DNA of 20,000 bases from Catajapyx aquilonaris (taxonomy: Eukaryota): NCBI GenBank assembly GCA_000934665.2, contig JYFJ02001672.1, forward strand, positions 53,270 to 73,269, given 5' to 3'. Below are positions 1-20,000 of this stretch, in pieces. The translations under genes and the position numbers were made by a program. The number at the start of each line of letters is the position of its first letter. Position 1 is the stretch's first letter. The notes beneath the pieces were generated by a model that searched no databases, had not been told where the DNA came from, and saw only the letters and a program-made list of their open reading frames with translations.

Positions 1-12153
<12,153 letters not shown>

Positions 12154-15100
12154 CTGCAAGGCAAACACACATTTGTTAAAAATCTCACACTACAAATGCA
12201 CAATAAATGTAACGAGGTGCCAAAGTGCCCACCCTCTAGGCATCCATATGGTACGCAACCTCCAGCATTTAACCGCAGTCCGTCCTCACACCCAGGACGA
12301 CACGTTTTTCCTGATCTCCTCCTCCCATTTAATGGACCGGTTTTGCCAAGTGTCATCCCCAAACGAAACAATACCACCGCATTAAAACCCGGATCCCTAA
12401 TTGCCCCCCATGCCCCGCAGGAACAATGACAAACCGGGTCCTCCTCTCAACTCTGCGCAATGCAGGTGCCGACTCCATGCAACAACATACAACAGCATAT
12501 AAATCCCCATTCATCTTCCCCCCTTGCAAAATCCGGCATGGCTTCCCGCGATAACCGGCTCACAAAAGGTCCGCAGGTACAGCCAGATACGACAGCAGTG
12601 TACAGTAGCAGCCTCCGCTGTCCTATAGAAGAAGGGGTCTCCATGGAAACCAAGGGAGGCACGACCCGCATGAAGCTCATGATCCCAGGGCTCTCCTTTC
12701 CCAAGATTGCTTTTATTAGCCATGTGTAAGAAATGCAAGCTTAAAATTGCGTCTGCAGCTCGGATTTTGGGAGGGTCTCTGCGGTGCCATGGCTCCGGTG
12801 GCTTGGAATTGGTGCCCTGCTAAAACCGGTTGCACAGAACGTCAATCACTTGGTTAGCCATTAAACGTGTGGGTTTAGAAGGATTATTGCTTTTTTTTTG
12901 CACATGCTCACATACCCACGATGCTTGAAAACAGCGCAAAGTATGACGCGGGCACAACCAATTTGCAACATCTGGACTGCCCAGGACACACACAAAAAAA
13001 CTCATTTGCAATAATTATGCTAATACCAACCTGACGCCCTTCCTAATTCGGGGGGGTGGGGGGATGAGTCATTAACTACAACTGTCGCAACACTTAATAG
13101 GAAGATAAATCTACGGGTACAACAGCATGCCGGTGCCCCCACATTATGTAACTCCTATGTATAGGACACTTGTACATCAGCTATTGTGCTAGTTCTTCAT
13201 TTGCTAATAATAATTCGGGTATACCTGGGTTGATTTATTGTAAATCGTTCAATCTCATCATCTTCTGAGATGTTCGCACATTTTCCAAAACTAATTTCAG
13301 GCTGCGTCTGAGATTTGTGACGTCAACACCACCCACTCTAAACCCAGCAGCATCACCCCCCTTCTCTCCTGGGCACCCCACCACCCCCCTTCTCGCCATT
13401 TTCAATCGTTTCCGCTCCACACTGACGTCCGAGGATCCCAGTGATCCTCGGATTCAACCCGATTGCTTGCCAACAACCTTTCTCGTATCACCCGACCTCT
13501 GATTACACCCACGTCACTTCCGCTCAATTTGCCCCCAAAGCCGGCAGCCTGATAAGGTTCCATCCTTTTCGTTTTCAATGTAAGCTTACACACCATCAAA
13601 CGGGGTATGCCTCGGAGCTTATTCCCAGGGTCTATTTCTGGTGCTGATCTTCAATGCGCATTAGAATCCTGTCTGTTACCTTTGCCATTTTTGTAGCAAA
13701 AATGGCAACGCACCTATAAGGACACTCTGGAACAACAGGATTTTTATTTGCCGTTCTGCTGCATCCACCGGGCCAAAATGGACCAAATCCAATAGCCTTC
13801 CTTTAGAGGTGGTCCAAGGTCGAGGGCTAAAGACCTCGATTATTTAAGATGCACGAAATGAAATCGATAGACGCTTGCATCAAATCTTTTTACTGATTTT
13901 TAATTAGTCACCAAATGTAATAGCAACAGCTTGAATATTTCAGTGGTAGTCGCCGATTTTATATGGCACAAGCTCCCATGTTCATATACAGGAAATGTGC
14001 AACTAATTAATCAAATTTCATCCACATCTCAGTACAGTAATCTAGTTAAATTCAAATTACTGGTCCGTATAATTTTGACTGACATTCGGTACTGAAATTC
14101 TCGACAAGGTACTGTAAAGCACGCCCGAGTGCACTTTCGCAATTCATATTAATAACCACATCATATGGCTGAAGAATTTGTTCCCTTGCATATGGCGGTG
14201 ACATGTTGCACCACTGCACACAACAAACCTATCACGTCATTTGGTACTGTACATGGTATGTATACCTGTCCTTGAACTCATCCTAACAGATCCGCAACCC
14301 AAAAGCCTCTCTTACTATGCACACGGCCTATTCCGCAGGGGCACAACAGGCACAAATACGATCCGATTACACCCGATGTAACAGCACGTGCATAAATGCG
14401 TGTTAACAATCGCAGTCCCACTATAAAGCTGGGGATTACTCCAACCGCATTGCCTATAGTCATACCGGTCCCACAGCATTTCGTTGATTGCCCCCCCCCC
14501 TCCCCCTCCCCCAGCAGTGAACGCCATCTGCTAATTAATTATTGGATAAACATACCCGGATTTTTTAAAGCAACAATACCAATCCTCTCTCTTGGTATCG
14601 ACCGTGCAGCTGCAAACTTGGGGAGCCGTGGTTTTCAGGAATTAAGCAGCGCAAGTTGCGACGGGCCAACTTTCCTAATTTGTCTGAGAGCCGATTTTTA
14701 TACTTGTGGCCAGTAGCTGCCTCGCAAAACCCTTCCAGGGGCTTGCTGTTCGCTTAAAAGCTAAGGTCTCTGATCGATAACATCCACGCTTCCATTTGCT
14801 TCTTCTCGTTTATATACAGTATATACCTGTGGCCGTAAGTCTCCAGGGTCCGACTCATTGGTTATTGCCCTTCGGAAAACTTGCGTCTCGACTCCTACGC
14901 ACGTGTTATTTGTGGATACAAGGGCATCCGAACGATCCACAGGGCAGTCCCCTATGAGTGATTAACTTGCAAATGAAGCGCAATTTCGATATGGGTTGCA
15001 GATTTCAGCGGTGCAGTCATGCAATGGCCCTTTCCAAGAAGCTGGTTGTCACTTTGGGACTGGTGCATGCACGGTAACCCAATTCCCAGTGTTTTCAAGT

Positions 15101-18100
15101 TATACACGGTGTAACCTACACACCATATCGATTTAAACTACTGTATGAACACTGGGCCAAAGTTTGTCATGCGGTACACAACAAGCACGTATGGGCAAAT
15201 GTGACCTTTTCCAGACCCTAAGCCGGCTAGTCTGCATAAGCTTGTTACAAAAATGTCAAAGGTGTGAGCGGACAGTCCTGCATTCAATCCACGGATCTTT
15301 TGTGTCGCAAGCACTTAGGCTACATGAGCTGTGTGAGTGGTAGGCGTGATCTAATTTTTGTACCGGTACTTAACAATGTGATATTCTCTTTGATCTATGA
15401 GCACATAGATTACATGCTACTGACATGCCAGAAAACACAAAAAGCTGTAATCATCATCAGGAAGGAACGTGAGGGCCTAACTCATTTCAGAGGATAAAAG
15501 AAAGAGGTGTAAGACCAGGAAGATATTGACACAGCGCGGAACCGTGCAGATTCCATCATTCCGCTTCATTTAAATTGCACTTTAGAGTTTGCACAAGTGC
15601 TGATCCCACGAGAGAACGATTGCGTGATGGCGTCGCCAGATGGAAAGCAGACAATCCTTCTCAGTCACACCAACTTCCGACACGACCCACGTCTCACGTG
15701 CTGCCCCCGCGAAGTTCTCGCACTATGCGAACAAAAAGTATCCAATCGTCACTATAGTATAGAGGCGTCAAGATTAATCGCCTGGTACTGTACGTCCTGA
15801 AACTGTTGTCGTAAAGGAATGCCATAACCCCGCCCACTCAAGTGACAAGATACATTACTCGCACATTACTTGCATGATATAATTTAAAGAGCAGTTTACT
15901 GCCCCACTTCTGATTAACTGCTTCTCGGTAATGAATAGGTTGGTTCCCTCAGCAATGTATAAGCTAAGAGAACAAAGAGGAATGGATGGTGGTAGTTGGG
16001 AGGAAAACTAATTCCAGTCCTGCGGAAATAAAGGATTCGATAGGAAGGGCCTCAGCGCCTCCTATTTCACGCCTGTGTCTGGAAGTTGATTTCTCCAAGG
16101 GCGACCCAAGGATCCGCATTCACAAACTCAAGTTATATCCTGAAGTTACCAGGAATCGTCTGCCATGCAAGGGTGGATAAGTTTCCAATAGTAAGCTGAA
16201 GTCCATATGGAAGCAAAAAGTGAGACACTTTGAGGATACTGTACATCCCAGATAGTCAGCATTTTCCGAGTCGTCACTAGGATATAATTATGCCGAAGAG
16301 CATTAGCTTCAAAATGCAGACCAGTCGATTTCTTACTGAAGCAAAATGCAAATTACTGGTTACTGATCAAAGTGTTCATAGCAGTGGTTCATTTGCATTA
16401 CTTTGCATTTCTGCATTTCTATTCATCTTCAATACCCAGAGTTTTAGGCTCGTGCTGCTTAGGCAGCTGCAGTGTGCGGAATTTGTTAATACTGTACAAA
16501 ATCCTATTTCAGAGTGAGCAAACGATAGCGATGCCTCAGCATCGAACCTAATATAAATATATTGAAAGAAAGACATTCACATTTTCATACAACATCTGGG
16601 AGTGTTACTGGCATCTTACCAATTTATATGGTGATTCGCAGGAATAGCATGCTGCACCCTTCCATAATATTAAGACACAATGTGTGGTGGCCAATTCCCG
16701 TGGAGGAAAACTTGCCGGAAATCATTTGATGGCCAGCCCAAAATATAATACATGTTCATATACTTGTTGATGTTGATGATATTGAAATGTGAATGCAATG
16801 CTTTCGCTAGCCAAAAACCCGACCTCATTATTTTGTTTCCATATAATTGAATACTACCTAATTGTTTATTTTTGCGAAGAATAATGTCACACCAAGTAGT
16901 ATCCTAACATTTGGCATGTCACCTTGAGCTGTGTGTGAATTTCATGGCAAAATCCTTACTGACAGCTTTCCAAAAATATTTAACCGCCGGATTTGCTGGT
17001 TTCCTTCACTTGGATCGTACTTCCTTTGTTCTAATGCAAGAACCTTGAAACTCTGCAGGAAGTCAAGATGTGGCAGCCAAAACATGAAAGTAAGGTTTCG
17101 TGCCTCAGTGCATTTCCCATTCCTTATCTCACACTGAGATCCCTACAATTTCAGTTTTACCAGCAGAAGTTGTACAAGCATCCTGCGGTCACTACGAATA
17201 ATACAGTAAATACAATAAAGTACTTTCCAATAATGTACTCGGCTTACAATACGCAATGTTTATGTAGTCCAGACAGATGATTCTTGTTGTAGTTTTGTTG
17301 TATGATGGACACTTATTCAGGACTGTTTGGCAGGTTTCATTGTAGGTCTACTACAGGTACTCTACCTGTTATAAATTCAAGGCCTCTGATAAGTATTCTA
17401 CGATGGTAGAGAAGCCCATCAATGCATTCTATGCCACGATAATTTTGCACAGGATTAGGTCCATAAACAATTTGGCGAACTTGGCACCATTCTAAATCAG
17501 CATATCAAAATACATTCCGTGAACTATCTACAACCAGAAAATCAACAGGTACACAACTACAAATTGCAATCTCTGCCAACCTCCACCTGCGATTTAATTT
17601 GCACAATGAATTCAACACGCGCAAAACCCAGAGCTCGTAAGATCTGACAAGGAGATATCACCAGCCTGTCCTTGCCCAGGTTGTGATTACACGGAGGCAT
17701 CGCCTTACATGCAGGCGTAAATGAGGCGCCTCCAACACAACACTCGGGGAGCAGATGAGGGGGCCTTTATGGAAGCCCCCCCTTCCATGATAAGGGCCGG
17801 TCAAATTATGGGAGTCGAGGCAAAGAAAGGGGCAGGCGCCATCTTGTCTGCACGACATGCTCACTCGTCATATATATAAAGCTTCGGATCGATGCCCACC
17901 TTAAGCCAAATCTACTCGGGATACATGCTGTACCTATGCAGCACATTTTGGAGTCGCGTTCTGGCTAACAGGATTGTTCGAAATCTGCTGTCACGTGACT
18001 CACAAATCCGTCCAAAAGGACCTTCTCTATAGAACTCCGACGGTTTACTAAACCGATTTCGACTCAAATTATCATGACAATCCGGGAATAAATTACTCCT

Positions 18101-20000
18101 GCTTCCAGGGACTAATCCCCATGATCGGATAATGAAATTCGAATGAGTATCTGCATTCAATGAAATCGGGGACTTTAAAAAAAAAGTGTGGGGGAGTCGT
18201 TCCCTCTTGCTGGAAACCGATAATTATTGATATTCGCGCCTATATGATTTGCTGTTTATTTGTACAGCAATCACAAAATGTGGAGTCGGATTAATTGAGC
18301 GAAAACACCATTTTCAACAACATTCCACTAGAATGCATAAGCAAACTTGCATGAATTAAATCCCCCTGAAACCGCATGACGTCATGATGGACTCAATTAA
18401 ATTTATTACTTATGTAGTACTGGATTTGGCCGATACATTTTTATGAAACGAAATACAACATTTCATACCATTTTTGAACCAACTGCAACTGTTAGAAACA
18501 CACCTACATTTTTTTCGTGACGAAATATATTTCCGGGTGTATAAATAACCCCTCGTCATTTTTATCTCCACTTTTTCGTGCATGGTTGGAAGTGTCTGTG
18601 AAAATGGCCCCGTTTCTTTCTCGCTTTTTTTTCCACCCCTTTTATCCTGGGCCAGGAGCACGCCGTTTTGGAAATGCAGCCAGGGCACGAAAAGGCTCTC
18701 TCTCTCCCTCCTTCTCTCTCTCTCTCTCTTTTCCCTTCCTTCTCTTTCCTTCCAAATCAATACCTTTCCCAGGCCTTTTCCGACGTTGCAGCATTCGTGA
18801 CTCGGCCCCATATTTAAGCACATGCACTTCACTTCAACAATTCTCTCTCTTTCACCTTCTTCATTGCCTGACCGCTACATCATCAGGCGTCTGACACTTA
18901 ATTGAGAAGGTAAAAAAATATATATACAATCGGTTCTAACTCCTTCAGAGTGCTGAAGCGGGAATCAAATGCGTGCGCAGGATGACACGTGGGTTCAGTT
19001 TTCAAATTTTCCCTTTGAGGACTCCTCAAGGGACTCCTGGTCAGTAAATGTCAACGGTTGACCCCAACAATTCGTGAATCCACAAAAGGTGAATTTGACC
19101 TGTGTCAAAACAAGAGATCAAAGTTGGTGGGTGCAGGAGGGGGGGGGGAGCGGAACCTGCCTTTTTTTGTGTGTGTCCGGCATTGACTTTTGGAGGGCTT
19201 TTTCGTAGGTCCATTTGTAGCGCCCATCACGTCCACCACCCCCACCCAACCCATTCGACTCATTTCTCTTCATTTCAAGAGCCGCTAAAGCCCAACTGCA
19301 GCCGCCCCAGCTCTTCCCCACATCCTCCTCCTACTCCACAGTATTTTCTTTCTTTTTTTTCTCTCTATCTCTAACTCTGTCTCTTGCACTCACAAATTAG
19401 CACCACTTCGCTGCCACCACCATTTTTAACCGCTCTTCCTTTCCCACATTCTTTTTCTTCATTTTCCGCTCCAAATCCAAAAAAGACGACAGCGATAATT
19501 CATTCCATTATTTCCAGAAGCCCGTCCTATTTTTATGACTACATCCTGGAAAGGAGTGCATTAATAATACGAGTTCAAAGCTGCTTTCGAACTTTCCAAG
19601 ACCCATAAAATTGAGGTGTATTGAAATGCTGAAGACAGTCTAAAATTCACGAGTTACTGTACTACCAAAAATTACAGTTCAGTTATTTTATTTGTTTAAA
19701 AAAATTTAAAGTCGAGCACTACTTAAAAGTTAGTGCTAACGTCAGGCCTTGACGTGGACTGGACACTCTCATTAATTACTCTTTATTCGGTAGTCAAGTA
19801 CTAGAATATTAGATTACCTGCTGCTGTTATTACGGCATATGACGCACGGGCAAAGTTACATGTTATAATGACAATGTTAAGAAACTATGTCGGCTACAAA
19901 AGTTGCAGCATAGAATGATATATCTGTGTGCCCTTCAAATGCCACACTTACAAAATTACGGCCTTACAGTATATGAACTTCAAAACAGTTTATGAGCAGT
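12154..20000 (-). other. Large upstream intron of unc-104 (first coding exon apparently outside the window)
   Basis: Exon 12074-12153 starts in phase 1 after an acceptor; no VRVRPF-encoding segment found by eye; only short featureless ORFs. Confidence 0.75.
18696..18753. repeat. CT/GA-rich low-complexity microsatellite tract
   Basis: ctctctctctccctccttctctctctctctctcttttcccttccttctctttccttcc. Confidence 0.85.

Overview
Eukaryotic, AT-rich genomic DNA, most likely from an insect or other arthropod. Positions 1-12153 hold most of one minus-strand, multi-exon kinesin-3 gene (unc-104/KIF1A). I walked it exon by exon with GT-AG junctions and consistent phases through the motor domain (P-loop [23 protein letters not shown]-loop), neck coil/CC1, FHA, CC2, stalk (KIF1B/DUF3694 regions) and the start of the C-terminal PH domain, which runs off the left edge. 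I could not find the first coding exon (MSSVKVAVRVRPF-type), so 12154-20000 is probably part of a >7.8 kb intron. Most ORF-track entries are exon fragments, antisense shadows or chance ORFs. The notable signals concern splicing and RNA structure: a candidate 3-nt microexon at the K-loop with a UGC/UC-rich neural-microexon signature, small phase-1 cassette exons in the neck hinge, two equal-length (138 nt) paralogous exons, candidate poison microexons, a ~150-bp near-perfect intronic palindrome and a TA-flanked MITE. I see no evidence for a wholly new gene system.
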